64,000 nt of DNA, taken from the NCBI GenBank assembly GCA_965224485.1, contig CBDCZH010000016.1, forward strand, positions 160,001 through 224,000, given 5' to 3'. The translations under genes and the position numbers were made by a program. The first letter of the stretch is position 1. Each line of letters starts with the position of its first letter. The notes beneath the pieces were generated by a model that was not told the origin of the DNA, made no database searches, and worked only from the letters and a program-made list of their open reading frames with translations. The DNA is from Arcobacteraceae bacterium (GTDB lineage Bacteria; Campylobacterota; Campylobacteria; Campylobacterales; Arcobacteraceae). Below, one piece after another: positions 33,901 to 44,601 of the stretch.

Positions 33901-34311
33901 ATGAGAGTATGTGGGGTTGATTTAAAAGCAAATAATGCTATTTTTACTGTTTTACAAATTGAAGATGATATTGTAATTTATATAGATTTAAAAATTAAAA
34001 AACTTACCTTAAAAGATGATGAAAATCAAAATGAGGTAGTTTCTTTTTTTAAAGAGCTAAGTGATTTTTTGTCTTTTAATAAAATTGAAAAGGTTTTTAT
34101 TAAAAAAAGAGCAAAAAAGGGTAATTTTTCTGGTGGGGCTGTTACTTTTAAAATGGAATCTATGTTACAGTTAAATAATATTTGCGATAGTTTTTTAATT
34201 TCATCTCAAGCTATCTCATCTTTTGAGAAAAAAAATGAGATAAGCTATCCAAATGATTTAAAAAAATATCAAATAAATTCATATTTATCTGCACTTAGTC
34301 AAATAAATTAG
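33901..34311 (+). CDS. DUF3010-like protein
   Basis: MRVCGVDLK and KKRAKKGNFSGGAVTFKME motifs (family assignment from recall). Confidence 0.8.
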   Translation: MRVCGVDLKANNAIFTVLQIEDDIVIYIDLKIKKLTLKDDENQNEVVSFFKELSDFLSFNKIEKVFIKKRAKKGNFSGGAVTFKMESMLQLNNICDSFLISSQAISSFEKKNEISYPNDLKKYQINSYLSALSQIN

Positions 34312-34345
34312 TTCTTCATTAAAATTTACATTGTCTTATAATATT

Positions 34346-35749
34346 TTATAATTCATGCTCCAACGTTAATTCTGCTTCTTCAATTAAATTAAACTCTTCT
34401 TCCGCACTTTTTGCTAACAAATGATTTTTACTATATAAGAAGTAATATAATGCTCCAATTATATATAAAACAATTGTATAATTGAATGCTCGTGGATCAA
34501 AAGCATAAACTCCTGTTAATGCTAAAAGAGAAAGAATTAATGCAATAGAAGAAGTTATCATTCCTCCTGGAGTTTTATATGGTCTTGGCATATCTGGATT
34601 TTTTATTCTTAATAAAATATGACTTAATGCCATAAGTGCATAAGAAATTGTTGCTCCAACAACAGCCATACCTAAAATCAAATCCCCTTCTTGAGTTAAA
34701 GATGCAAAAAAGCCTAAAATACCGGGTATAATTAAAGCCCAAGTAGGTGTTTTTTTCTCACTTGTAAGTGATAAAAACTGAGGAATATATCCTGCTCTTG
34801 ATAGTGCAAATACTAATCTACTATATCCATAAATAATAGAAAAAAATGAAGCAACTAAACCAGCTAATCCAAGTACATTAACTATAGTTCCTAAAGTTGT
34901 ATTTCCTGTTGCATTTAAAGCATCTACCAAGGGAATAGCACTTTTACCAATTGTATCTGCCCCTGCTGCCCCTGCTACTAAAAAAACAACTAAAACAGCT
35001 GTAAATAATAAAAATATCATAGCTCCTATGATACCTCTAGGAACGTCTTTTTCTGGATTTTTTGCTTCTTCTGCTGCTAAAGGAACTCCTTCTACTGCTA
35101 AAAATAGCCACATACCAAATGGTAATGCAGCCCATACTCCATACCATCCATATGGTAAAAATTCACTTGCTCCTAGAGCTTCTGTTGAAACGGCAATATC
35201 AAATAAATTTGAAGAATCAAAATGGCCAAAAAGTGTAACTGCTGTTGCAATAATTGCAAATACAGCAAGGGCACTTATAACCATCATTGTTTTTAATGCT
35301 TCACCTGCTCCAAATAAATGAATACCAATAAATACTGCATAAAAAAGAGCATATATAATTGGACCGTTAATACCAATAAGTGCTTCAACAGCAGATCCAA
35401 TAAAAATAACAATAGCAGCAGGAGCTAAAGCATATTCAATTAATATAGCAAGACCTGTTAAATATCCACCTGCTGGTCCCATTACTTGTCTGGCAAAACT
35501 ATATCCACCTCCTGCTGCTGGAATTGCTGCTGACATTTCAGCTAGGGCCAATACTAAACATAAATACATAACTGCCATTAATCCAGCAGCAATTGCAAAT
35601 CCTCCCCATCCTGCTTCTGCTATTCCAAAATTCCAACCTGCAAAATCACCTGATATTACATATGAAACTCCAAGACCAGCTAATAACAGCCAACCTGCTG
35701 TTCCTCTTTTTAATTGTCTTTTTTCAAGATATTCTTTGTTTGCACTCAC
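34346..35749 (-). CDS. eat: Ethanolamine permease (APC family)
   Basis: GVSYVISGDFAGWNFG; GTG start at 35749 after an AAGGA RBS; follows eutBC. Confidence 0.95.
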   Translation of the reverse strand: MSANKEYLEKRQLKRGTAGWLLLAGLGVSYVISGDFAGWNFGIAEAGWGGFAIAAGLMAVMYLCLVLALAEMSAAIPAAGGGYSFARQVMGPAGGYLTGLAILIEYALAPAAIVIFIGSAVEALIGINGPIIYALFYAVFIGIHLFGAGEALKTMMVISALAVFAIIATAVTLFGHFDSSNLFDIAVSTEALGASEFLPYGWYGVWAALPFGMWLFLAVEGVPLAAEEAKNPEKDVPRGIIGAMIFLLFTAVLVVFLVAGAAGADTIGKSAIPLVDALNATGNTTLGTIVNVLGLAGLVASFFSIIYGYSRLVFALSRAGYIPQFLSLTSEKKTPTWALIIPGILGFFASLTQEGDLILGMAVVGATISYALMALSHILLRIKNPDMPRPYKTPGGMITSSIALILSLLALTGVYAFDPRAFNYTIVLYIIGALYYFLYSKNHLLAKSAEEEFNLIEEAELTLEHEL

Positions 35750-35759
35750 GTATAATCCT

Positions 35760-36644
35760 TTATTGAATGAGAAAATTCTCATTATTGATACAATTTTCTA
35801 CTGTATCATCCATTGTTCTATCTTTTAAATTTACACCAGATAATTCCAGTCTTCGTGCCTCTTTTAATAAATACATTGTTTTTTTTACAGCCTCCTCATA
35901 AGATAATCCATCTGAACGCACATTTGATATACAATTTCTATTTACATCACTCAGTCCAACTTTTGGATTCCACGTAAGATATAAACCAAGACTGTCAGGA
36001 GAACTTAATCCTGGTCTTTCACCTATTAATACTAAGGTTAATTTTGCTTGCAATATCTCTCCTACTTCATCCCCAATAGCAACTCTTCCTTGCTGTACTA
36101 TAGTAATAGGAGATAATTTCCATTGATCATCATCTTTTGCAAGTGAGTGTGATAATATTTGAATATATTTAATAGCATTTTTTTTTATTGCCAAAGATGA
36201 GAGTCCATCTACAATAATTATAGATAAATCATAAGGAACTCTACTTTTATCTATACTTCTTTTTAATAATTTACAAGAGTTTTCATCTAATCTTCTTCCT
36301 AAGTCTGGTCTTTGTAAATACCTTACTCTATTTACTGCTTGTGAATGTAGTAATACATGAGAATAACCATCTTGAAGAAGTTCATTACTGTCTATTTCAC
36401 TTAATAAATTTAAATTAACAGAAATCTTATTTAATTGATCTACAACATATTGTGTGTCTAAAGGTAAATGAACTGCATCTTGTGCTTGAGCATGAGCTAA
36501 TTGAAAATCTAATAAATGATTTGTAGGAATACTAACTCCTGTTCTTCCCAGTGCAATTCTAGCTTCCGTATGCTCTCTTAAAAAAGCCCAAGGATTTTGT
36601 ACAATATTTGTTTTTTCATTATTTTTTATTAAATCAGACATCAT
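35760..36644 (-). CDS. eutC: Ethanolamine ammonia-lyase light chain
   Basis: ARIALGR, YLQRPDLGR, LIGERPGL, NCISN. Confidence 0.97.
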   Translation of the reverse strand: MMSDLIKNNEKTNIVQNPWAFLREHTEARIALGRTGVSIPTNHLLDFQLAHAQAQDAVHLPLDTQYVVDQLNKISVNLNLLSEIDSNELLQDGYSHVLLHSQAVNRVRYLQRPDLGRRLDENSCKLLKRSIDKSRVPYDLSIIIVDGLSSLAIKKNAIKYIQILSHSLAKDDDQWKLSPITIVQQGRVAIGDEVGEILQAKLTLVLIGERPGLSSPDSLGLYLTWNPKVGLSDVNRNCISNVRSDGLSYEEAVKKTMYLLKEARRLELSGVNLKDRTMDDTVENCINNENFLIQ

Positions 36645-38044
36645 TAATATCCTATTGCTTTTTGTAATGAGGGAGAAAAATATTTTGGAATATTTTCATT
36701 TAAAATATAATTATTTGCATCTTTAAAAATCTCCATTTTTTCAAGCCATATCTTAAATTCTGGAGCAGGGTCAAGATTTAGTACTCTTCTTGCATATAAA
36801 GCATCATGAAAAGATGTAGTTTGATAATTAAGCATAATATCATCAGAACCAGGAATACCCATAATAAAATTACATCCCGCAACCCCTAAAAGTGTTAATA
36901 AATTATCCATATCATTTTGATCTGCATCGGCATGATTTGTATAACAAATATCACAACCCATTGGTAAGCCTAAAAGTTTTCCACAAAAATGGTCTTCTAA
37001 ACCAGCTCTTGTTATCTCTTTTCCATCAAATAAGTATTCAGGACCTATAAATCCAACAACAGTATTTACTAATAATGGATCAAACTCTTTAGCAACAGCA
37101 TAGGCTCTAACTTCACATGTTTGCTGATCTATAGAAAAGTTTGCGTTTGCAGACAAAGAGCTTCCTTGACCTGTTTCAAAGTACATTACATTATTTCCAA
37201 CTGTTCCTCTATTTAGTGACAATGCTGCATCTTGCGCTTCTTTTAAAATACTTAAGTTCACTCCAAAGCTTGAATTTGTAGCTTCTGTTCCTCCAATTGA
37301 TTGAAACACTAAATCAACAGGTGCTTTTTTATTAATAGCCTCTATAGTATTCGTAACATGTGTTAAAACACATGATTGTGTTGGAATTTCATATTTATTT
37401 ATTACATCATTCATTAAGTTTAATAATTTAATAGCTTGTTCTAGATTATCTGTTGCTGGATTAATTCCAATAACAGCATCTCCGTTTGCATATAATAATC
37501 CATCCAATATACTAGTTGCTATTCCCATTACATCATCTGTTGGATGATTTGGTTGTAATCTTGTAGATAAATGGCCTTCTAGTCCAATTGTATTTTTAAA
37601 AGAACTTATTACAGGACATTTTTTTGCAATCATTATTAGATCTTGATTTCTCATTATTTTACTAACGGCTGCTACCATTTCTGGTGTTATTCCTGGTCTT
37701 ACTTTTTCGATTAGTTTTTTTGATGTGTTATCACTTAATAACCAATTCCTAAATTCACCAACACTTAAATGAGAAATAATCTCAAAAGCCTCTTTATCAT
37801 GTTTATCTATTATTAATCTTGTAATTTCATCATCTTCATATGGAATTAAAAGATCTTCTAAAAAAGTTTTTAAAGGAACTTCTGCTAGTCTCATCTGAGC
37901 TACTGCTCTTTCTTGTGAAGTATTGGCAGCTAGACCTGCTAACATATCTCCTGATCTTTTTGGTGTGGCTTTTGCCATTAAATCTGATAGGTTTTTATAT
38001 AAGTAAGTTCGATTTCCAATTTTTATTTGATAAGAATTTTTCAT
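36644..38044 (-). CDS. eutB: Ethanolamine ammonia-lyase heavy chain
   Basis: RLQPNHPTD, YFETGQGS, EDHFCGKL. Confidence 0.98.
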   Translation of the reverse strand: MKNSYQIKIGNRTYLYKNLSDLMAKATPKRSGDMLAGLAANTSQERAVAQMRLAEVPLKTFLEDLLIPYEDDEITRLIIDKHDKEAFEIISHLSVGEFRNWLLSDNTSKKLIEKVRPGITPEMVAAVSKIMRNQDLIMIAKKCPVISSFKNTIGLEGHLSTRLQPNHPTDDVMGIATSILDGLLYANGDAVIGINPATDNLEQAIKLLNLMNDVINKYEIPTQSCVLTHVTNTIEAINKKAPVDLVFQSIGGTEATNSSFGVNLSILKEAQDAALSLNRGTVGNNVMYFETGQGSSLSANANFSIDQQTCEVRAYAVAKEFDPLLVNTVVGFIGPEYLFDGKEITRAGLEDHFCGKLLGLPMGCDICYTNHADADQNDMDNLLTLLGVAGCNFIMGIPGSDDIMLNYQTTSFHDALYARRVLNLDPAPEFKIWLEKMEIFKDANNYILNENIPKYFSPSLQKAIGY

Positions 38045-38271
38045 AATTCTAATAAATATGTGATATACATATCTCTTCCTTAATATAACTAGAACTTTAT
38101 AATGATGCTAATATACATTCATTTTATAGCATGGATATAGCGTGAATATAAAAATAATTATACAATCTTTGTATAGAATATATACTAGATTATTGTATAT
38201 AAAATATACAATAATCTATTTTTTATTAGGATAGGGATATGAGAAGTTTCTAAAATACGCAGCTTTATAAG

Positions 38272-38472
38272 TTATTTCCTAATTTCTTTTATACTTTTTC
38301 CTCCTATCCCATAATTTTCCATCTCTATTTCTTCAATTATCACAATAGCAGTTTTTTCACCTCTTTTAAAAACATCGGAAAATACTTTTGTTACTCCTTT
38401 TATTAAAGCTTTTTTTTGCTCAACTGTAGCACCCCCATCTTCTTTTGTCATTTTAATATTAATATACGGCAT
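38272..38472 (-). CDS. 4-oxalocrotonate tautomerase family protein
   Basis: N-terminal Pro, QKKALI, GIGG. Confidence 0.93.
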   Translation of the reverse strand: MPYINIKMTKEDGGATVEQKKALIKGVTKVFSDVFKRGEKTAIVIIEEIEMENYGIGGKSIKEIRK

Positions 38473-38481
38473 TTTTTTTCC

Positions 38482-39666
38482 TTAATGTGTTAGTTTCATA
38501 AGTTTTTTTGCATAAGCTAAGAGTAATATTCCTGAAAATACAATTGCAGCTGTTAGATATAAGGCAAAAGTATAAGAGTCAAATCTGTTTATTATAGCTA
38601 CAGAATATAAAGGTGCTATAACTTGACCAATACCATAGGCTGTTGTAATTGCTCCCATTAAAATAACAGGATTCTTTTGTGCAAGCTTTGCTCCAAGGGT
38701 CATAAATAAAGCAACCAAAGCTACAAATGTACCTCCATATAAAACTCCTGAAAGTAAAATCAAATATATATTTGTGCTAATTGTTGGAATTAAAATACCT
38801 AAAACTTGTATAAACATAGTGATCATAATAATATTTATACTTCCATATTTATGAGCTAAACGCATCCAAATAATACAAGAAGGGATTCCAGCAAGTCCAA
38901 CTAAGCTCCAAACATATCCTCCATAACCTTCTAAACCTTCAAGAGAATTTATAATATCAGGTAAGAAGGTAGCTTGTACTACCATGCCTACTCCTTCTGT
39001 AAAATAAGCAAGTATTAGAATTATTACAAACCCTTTAAACAAAGATATATCAAAATGCTGTGTTTGGCTAATTTGTGTCTCTTCTTTGTTAATTCTTAAT
39101 ATATAAATAGAATAAATTGAAGCAAAAAATGCAAATATACTTAATACTAGCCAGGCATCACTCCAAGAACCACCACTTGTAAAAACAGCTCTTGAAATTA
39201 AATCTGTTATAAGAATTGAGAAACCAATACCAGAAAAATGTATTCCCATTGCTTTTGTTTTATCTTCCATATGTAGTTTTTTAAAAACTATAGCTGAACC
39301 AACAATTAAACACATAGCTGCACCAAAACCAGCAATTACACGAGAAATCAACCATATAGTGTCATTTGTTGTACTTGCTAAAATTAAAGTAGTCACAATA
39401 GATAAAATCATACCAATTCTAAAATATTTAATTTTACTATTGATATCTTTTATAAAAACAGAAAAAATTGAACCAGCTAAATAACCTATATAATTAAAAG
39501 AGGCTAAAATACCAGCAAAAGTAATACTTAAATGATCTTCTAACATAAAAGGCAATAAAGAGGTAAAAACGAATCTGGCAACACCTACACCTACTATTAG
39601 GGCTAAGATACCAGCTAGTAAGATAGCTGCATTAGAGTCTTTATCTAATAGATTTATTTTAGTCAT
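38482..39666 (-). CDS. YbfB/YjiJ family MFS transporter
   Basis: GVARFVFTSLLP, NYIGYLAG, about 12 TM helices. Confidence 0.9.
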   Translation of the reverse strand: MTKINLLDKDSNAAILLAGILALIVGVGVARFVFTSLLPFMLEDHLSITFAGILASFNYIGYLAGSIFSVFIKDINSKIKYFRIGMILSIVTTLILASTTNDTIWLISRVIAGFGAAMCLIVGSAIVFKKLHMEDKTKAMGIHFSGIGFSILITDLISRAVFTSGGSWSDAWLVLSIFAFFASIYSIYILRINKEETQISQTQHFDISLFKGFVIILILAYFTEGVGMVVQATFLPDIINSLEGLEGYGGYVWSLVGLAGIPSCIIWMRLAHKYGSINIIMITMFIQVLGILIPTISTNIYLILLSGVLYGGTFVALVALFMTLGAKLAQKNPVILMGAITTAYGIGQVIAPLYSVAIINRFDSYTFALYLTAAIVFSGILLLAYAKKLMKLTH

Positions 39667-39731
39667 TTTTTGCCTTTTTGTTTTTAATGTTATACTATCA
39701 CTAATAGTTATATTATGTCAAATAAGTAATC

Positions 39732-40586
39732 ATGATATATGATATAAAGGTTAGTGATATGGATTCTTCTTTATTAAAAGTTTTTTTAAGTGTAGCTAGA
39801 AATAATAGCATTAGTAAAGCTGCAAGTGAGCTTAAGTTTGCCCAGTCTAATGTTACAGCAAGAATTAAACTCTTAGAAAAGAACATTGGACATATACTTT
39901 TTTATAGAGTTCCAAAAGGTGTTGTTCTAACAAAAGCTGGAGAGAAACTTTTTACTTATGCTTTTGAGATAGTAAAAAAAATAGATGAAGCTAACTTTTA
40001 TATGAAAAATATAAATACTCAAAGCTCACTTAAAGTTGCTTCAACTGAGTCAAATGCAGTTGTACGAATAGTTCCTTTTTTATTGGCTTTACATAAGGAT
40101 TATCCTAAAACACAGTTAGAACTTTTTACAGGAACTACAAGTGAAGTTATAAAAATGATTTTGGAATATAAAGTTGATTTAGCTTTTGTAAGTGGTATTC
40201 CTTTAAATGATGATTTAATGATTCTAAATAAAATAGATGAAAAAATTGTTATTTTAGAACCATTTGATGAGATTATTCCGGATGTTTTGCTGTTATTTAA
40301 AAAAGGCTGTAAGTATAATGAGATTTTAAATAAATATTATGAAAAGAATGGACAGAATAAATATAAAACTTTGGAGTTTGGTTCTTATGAAACAATATTA
40401 GGTTGTGTAAAAGCAGGAATGGGAAGAACTTTAATGCCTTTAAGTATTGTAAAAAAATTAGGATTTCAAAATAATTTAAATATAATAGAATTAGAAGATG
40501 AGTTTTCAAATATTCCAACTTGTATGGTTTGTAGAAAAGATAATATGCCTTTTATAAAAAAATATTTGGAAGAATTTAAATTATAA
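39732..40586 (+). CDS. LysR family regulator
   Basis: SISKAASEL..QSNVT HTH; divergent from the MFS gene; true start may be 39759. Confidence 0.95.
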   Translation: MIYDIKVSDMDSSLLKVFLSVARNNSISKAASELKFAQSNVTARIKLLEKNIGHILFYRVPKGVVLTKAGEKLFTYAFEIVKKIDEANFYMKNINTQSSLKVASTESNAVVRIVPFLLALHKDYPKTQLELFTGTTSEVIKMILEYKVDLAFVSGIPLNDDLMILNKIDEKIVILEPFDEIIPDVLLLFKKGCKYNEILNKYYEKNGQNKYKTLEFGSYETILGCVKAGMGRTLMPLSIVKKLGFQNNLNIIELEDEFSNIPTCMVCRKDNMPFIKKYLEEFKL

Positions 40587-40607
40587 GTAAAATTTAAAAG
40601 GATTTAT

Positions 40608-40802
40608 ATGTTTGAGATAAAAATACAATGTCCTTATTGTTTACAAGCAATAAGTATAGGTCTTGATTTAGGTATTTATGAGTTTGTTACTATTGTAGAA
40701 GATTGTGAAGTTTGTTGCAGACCTATTGAATTATCTTATGATGTACAAAATGGCGAGGTAGGCTCTTTTTCTTATAATAAAATTGATGGAAATGAGTTTT
40801 AG
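40608..40802 (+). CDS. CPXCG-motif cysteine-rich protein
   Basis: CPYC...EDCEVCCRP. Confidence 0.88.
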   Translation: MFEIKIQCPYCLQAISIGLDLGIYEFVTIVEDCEVCCRPIELSYDVQNGEVGSFSYNKIDGNEF

Positions 40803-40873
40803 CCCTAAGATAAATTATCTAAGCAATTTTTAGTTAAAATACAAATAATATAATTAAAAGAGGTAAGATATAA

Positions 40874-41251
40874 ATGAAGTATGGTGAAAAAGAGATTTTA
40901 GAGTTTGATATTAATAAAGAAGAAAATTTTTGGCCAAATGAGCATGAAAAAACTTATGTTATTGATATTGAATTACCTGAATTTATGGCAAAATGCCCAA
41001 GAAGTGGTTATCCTGATTTTGCTACTATTAAAATATCGTATAGTCCTTTAAAAAAAGTAGTTGAGCTAAAGGCTTTAAAACTATATATAAATTCTTTTAT
41101 GAATAGAGAAGTTTCACATGAAAATGGAATAAATGAAATTTTTGATACTTTATTTGCAAAACTAAAACCAAAATGGTTAAAAGTTACAGGTGATTTTAAA
41201 CCAAGAGGAAACGTACATACTGTGATTATAATAGATTCAGACAAGATATAA
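40874..41251 (+). CDS. queF: preQ1 synthase (7-cyano-7-deazaguanine reductase)
   Basis: EF..KCP.SGYPDF, ELKALKLY, HE, PRG. Confidence 0.96.
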   Translation: MKYGEKEILEFDINKEENFWPNEHEKTYVIDIELPEFMAKCPRSGYPDFATIKISYSPLKKVVELKALKLYINSFMNREVSHENGINEIFDTLFAKLKPKWLKVTGDFKPRGNVHTVIIIDSDKI

Positions 41252-41263
41252 GGAAATAAAAAC

Positions 41264-41845
41264 TTGGAAAGATTAGTAACAACTGCACAAGCTGCTTCAA
41301 TACTAGGTATATCTTTGCAAGGTATTCATTATAGAATAAAGAATAATAAATTAAAATCTATTAAACAAGCTGGAAAAACATTTGTTTATATTTCAAGTGA
41401 TTTAGAAAACAGACAAATAGAAGAAGTTAAAAATGAAGAAAATCAAAAAAAATCATATGTAGATATGATAATTTCTGGTAAAGATGATCAAATATCTTTT
41501 TTAAAAAAATCCTTTAAACACATTCGTGTTCAGCATAAAGAAGAAATAAAAAGATTAGAAAAGAATCAAAAAAATATTATTCATGTTTTTAATTCAGAAA
41601 TAAAATTATTACAAAGTGCTTTTTCTGAAATGCGTTCAATTTACAAACCCCAAATTGAACAAAAAAAAGAAAAATTTATTAGTATAGGTGATTTTTCTTT
41701 ATATTTAAAAGAAAAAGGTAAAACTAACTTAGATATAAAAGCTATTATTTTAAAAGCAATAAAAGATAATGATATTAGATTTATTTTCTCTGCAAGTTCT
41801 AAAAAAGTTATGATTTTAAATGAAGATTTTTCTGATTTGATTTAA
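41264..41845 (+). CDS. HTH-domain DNA-binding protein
   Basis: TAQAASILGISLQGIHYRIK HTH followed by coiled coil. Confidence 0.85.
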   Translation: MERLVTTAQAASILGISLQGIHYRIKNNKLKSIKQAGKTFVYISSDLENRQIEEVKNEENQKKSYVDMIISGKDDQISFLKKSFKHIRVQHKEEIKRLEKNQKNIIHVFNSEIKLLQSAFSEMRSIYKPQIEQKKEKFISIGDFSLYLKEKGKTNLDIKAIILKAIKDNDIRFIFSASSKKVMILNEDFSDLI

Positions 41846-42099
41846 ATTTTATAAATAAACTTATTTTATTTTTTACAAAATATTATAATAATTCATTAAG
41901 AAGGTCTTCTCTTTTATTGCTAACTACTTACAAATATATTTTAACTCTTAATTTTATCACTCAAAATCATTACTTACATAAAGTATCGTAAGAGATATTT
42001 AAGTAGTATAGGTATATACTTTTTAATTATAAAAAAAGCTAGCTATATTTTTATAAAATCATTTTAAATTATTATTAGTTAATAAATATAGGAGTCGTT

Positions 42100-42849
42100 A
42101 TGAATAAAATTATTACACAGTTATCTAATAGAAAATCTATAAGACAATTTACAGGAGAAAGTATTAGTACTAATGATCTTGATCTTATTATTAAAACAGC
42201 ACAAAGATGTCCTACATCAATTAATGCACAACAAATATCATTGATTTATACAAGAGATAAAGAAAAAATAAAACAGCTTGCAGAACTTTGTGGAGGTCAA
42301 GAACAAGTTGCTACTGCTGATGTATTTATTACAATTGTTGTAGATTTTAATAGAACTATTTATGCTGTAAATCAAGTTGGAGAAGAGCATGTAATTGATA
42401 AGTCAGCAGAAGGTATACTAGTTGGTGCAGTCGATGCTGGAATTATGTTAAATGCTATTCAAGTTTCAGCAGAATCTTTAGGATATGGTACAACTGCTAT
42501 TGGTGCAATTAGGAATGAACCTGAGGCTATAATAAAATTATTAGGACTTCCTTCTAAAACATTTCCTATAGTCTCAACTACAATTGGTGTTCCAAGTAAA
42601 GAAGCACAAAATTCACCTCTAAAACCCAGAATACCAATAAATAGTTTTGCATTTGAAGATAAATATAATGATACAAAGGTAAAAGAGGGTGTTCTTATTT
42701 ACGAAAAAGAGATGAAAGAGTTTAGAGACGATAATAACATGGATTATTTAGAATCGTATTGTGAACAAACTGCAAAATATTATAAAAATATATATTTTAG
42801 AAAAATTGCTAAAAATTATAAAAAACAAGGTTTTGAATTTAAAGATTAA
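42100..42849 (+). CDS. Nitroreductase (NfsA/Frp-like)
   Basis: RKSIRQF, PTS.N.Q, AESLGYG..IGAIRN, KPR.P. Confidence 0.93.
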   Translation: MNKIITQLSNRKSIRQFTGESISTNDLDLIIKTAQRCPTSINAQQISLIYTRDKEKIKQLAELCGGQEQVATADVFITIVVDFNRTIYAVNQVGEEHVIDKSAEGILVGAVDAGIMLNAIQVSAESLGYGTTAIGAIRNEPEAIIKLLGLPSKTFPIVSTTIGVPSKEAQNSPLKPRIPINSFAFEDKYNDTKVKEGVLIYEKEMKEFRDDNNMDYLESYCEQTAKYYKNIYFRKIAKNYKKQGFEFKD

Positions 42850-42917
42850 ATTAATATTGAAATAAAAGTATTGAAGTTATAGTTCTTTATAAGAGTGTAT
42901 GAGTCTTACTCATAGCA

Positions 42918-43020
42918 CTCTTCTCCAGATACCTAAACACACTATAAGAAAAGGTGCCTTGCTATGTTCCCATCCTGGGGCATTGTCTTAAAAAACAGTT
43001 GTAAAGGTCTAAAGAAGAGC
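42918..43020 (-). ncRNA. ffs: Signal recognition particle RNA (4.5S)
   Basis: Minus strand reads CCCCAGG-ATG-GGAA-CAT-AGCA-AGG, the SRP domain IV motif, inside a long stem closed by CTCTTCT/AGAAGAG; downstream hairpin near 42891-42921; ends approximate. Confidence 0.9.
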
Positions 43021-43151
43021 ACAAAAAGTACCAAAATACTCTTTGTGCTTCTCTTTTAAGGTTGTAAGTTTATCTAAAACTTCTTTAATCTTACATAAAT
43101 AGCAAGTATAAAGTATTTTTTTGAGATAATACTTAAAAATTAGGAGCTAAA

Positions 43152-44057
43152 ATGAATACTAAACTAAGTTTTATTGGACTTTCTTCCCTTGTTTTAGCAA
43201 TGATAATTTGGGCAAGTTCTTTTATTGCTTTAAAAGCAGCTATGAGTGACATTGGTCCATTTACTGTAATATTTTTAAGAATGTTAATAGCTTCTTTATG
43301 TTTTGTTTATTTTATTAAGAGTTTTCTCAAATATGATTTTTCAAAAAAAGATATAAAATATATACTTTTATTAGCCTTGTTTGAACCTTGTTTATATTTT
43401 GTTTTTGAAGCAAAAGCTTTACAATATACTTCTGCTTCGCAAGCTGGAATGATAACTTCTGTTTTACCTTTAATTACTGCTATTTTTGCAGGTTATTTAT
43501 TGCAAGAGTTAATTACAAGAAGATTCATTTTTGGATCTTTATTAGCTATGTTAGGTGTAGTTTATTTAAGTGTAAATGCAAGTGCGAGTCTAAGTGCTCC
43601 AAACCCAATGTTGGGTAATTTTTTAGAGTTTTGTGCCATGGTTTGTGGGGCAGGATATACTATAGTTGCTAGATATTTAGCGAAAAAATATTCAGCTATT
43701 TTTATAACGGCTATTCAAGCTTTCTTAGGAGCTATTTTCTTTTTTCCTTTATTTTTATATGAATATAATACAATGACTATGAATTTTTCTTCACAAGCTT
43801 TATTATGGATTTTATATTTAGGAGTTGTTGTTACTTTAGGAGGATATGGTTTATATAATTATGCACTTACTAAAGTTGAAGCCTCAAAAGCTGCAATGTT
43901 TGTAAACTTAATACCAATCTTTACTCTTTTATTAGCCTTTGTCATTTTAAAAGAAGTGATAAGCACTTCACAATTAATAGCTTCAGCAGTTATTTTAACA
44001 GGTGTTATTATTTCGCAAGTTCCAGTTATAAAAATAAGAAGAAAAAAGAATAAGTGA
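43152..44057 (+). CDS. DMT/EamA transporter
   Basis: Two EamA repeats, about 10 TM helices. Confidence 0.93.
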   Translation: MNTKLSFIGLSSLVLAMIIWASSFIALKAAMSDIGPFTVIFLRMLIASLCFVYFIKSFLKYDFSKKDIKYILLLALFEPCLYFVFEAKALQYTSASQAGMITSVLPLITAIFAGYLLQELITRRFIFGSLLAMLGVVYLSVNASASLSAPNPMLGNFLEFCAMVCGAGYTIVARYLAKKYSAIFITAIQAFLGAIFFFPLFLYEYNTMTMNFSSQALLWILYLGVVVTLGGYGLYNYALTKVEASKAAMFVNLIPIFTLLLAFVILKEVISTSQLIASAVILTGVIISQVPVIKIRRKKNK

Positions 44058-44464
44058 CTTACCTAAGCTTATTTATAACTGCTTTAATATCAGCCACACT
44101 TTTTCCCCTAGGAAGTGAGGCTTTATTAGTTTATGATATTAAAGAAGGGTATAACCTAGCTCTTTTATTATTTGTTGCAAGTTTTGGGAATACTTTAGGA
44201 TCTATTATTAATTATTATTTAGGTTTTAAAGGTGAGGCATACTTAGAAAAGAAGAAGTATTTAAATAAAAATAAAATTATTAAATATAAAAGATTTTTCG
44301 ATAAATATGGTTCTTTTACCCTACTTTTATCCTGGCTTCCATTTTTTGGTGATCCACTTACTTTTATTGCAGGAATTTTAAAATACGATATAAAAAAGTT
44401 TATTTTACTTGTAGGACTTGCAAAGTTTTTACGCTATTTTATTTTAGCCATGTTTATAATATAG
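44054..44464 (+). CDS. YqaA/DedA family membrane protein
   Basis: SATLFPLGSE, GNTLGS, WLP..GD. Confidence 0.9.
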   Translation: MTYLSLFITALISATLFPLGSEALLVYDIKEGYNLALLLFVASFGNTLGSIINYYLGFKGEAYLEKKKYLNKNKIIKYKRFFDKYGSFTLLLSWLPFFGDPLTFIAGILKYDIKKFILLVGLAKFLRYFILAMFII

Positions 44465-44546
44465 ATTTTAATTTTTTACCTAAAAAAACTAAAGAAATAC
44501 AGTTAAAGCTAATAAGTAAAAGTAAAATTAAATTTAGTGTACTCAT
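44454..44546 (-). CDS. Putative 30-aa membrane peptide MSTLNLILLLLISFNCISLVFLGKKLKSIL
   Basis: Translated by hand; AAGGA RBS; TM segment plus basic tail. Confidence 0.4.
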   Translation of the reverse strand: MSTLNLILLLLISFNCISLVFLGKKLKSIL

Positions 44547-44601
44547 ATAAAATCCTTTTTAGAGTAAAATTTTACTCTAAGCTTATTACTAAATGATTAC
44601 A

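Noticed and set aside
42880..43060. Riboswitch upstream of the DMT transporter
   Set aside because: The structure is explained by SRP RNA on the minus strand; no riboswitch consensus was recognised.
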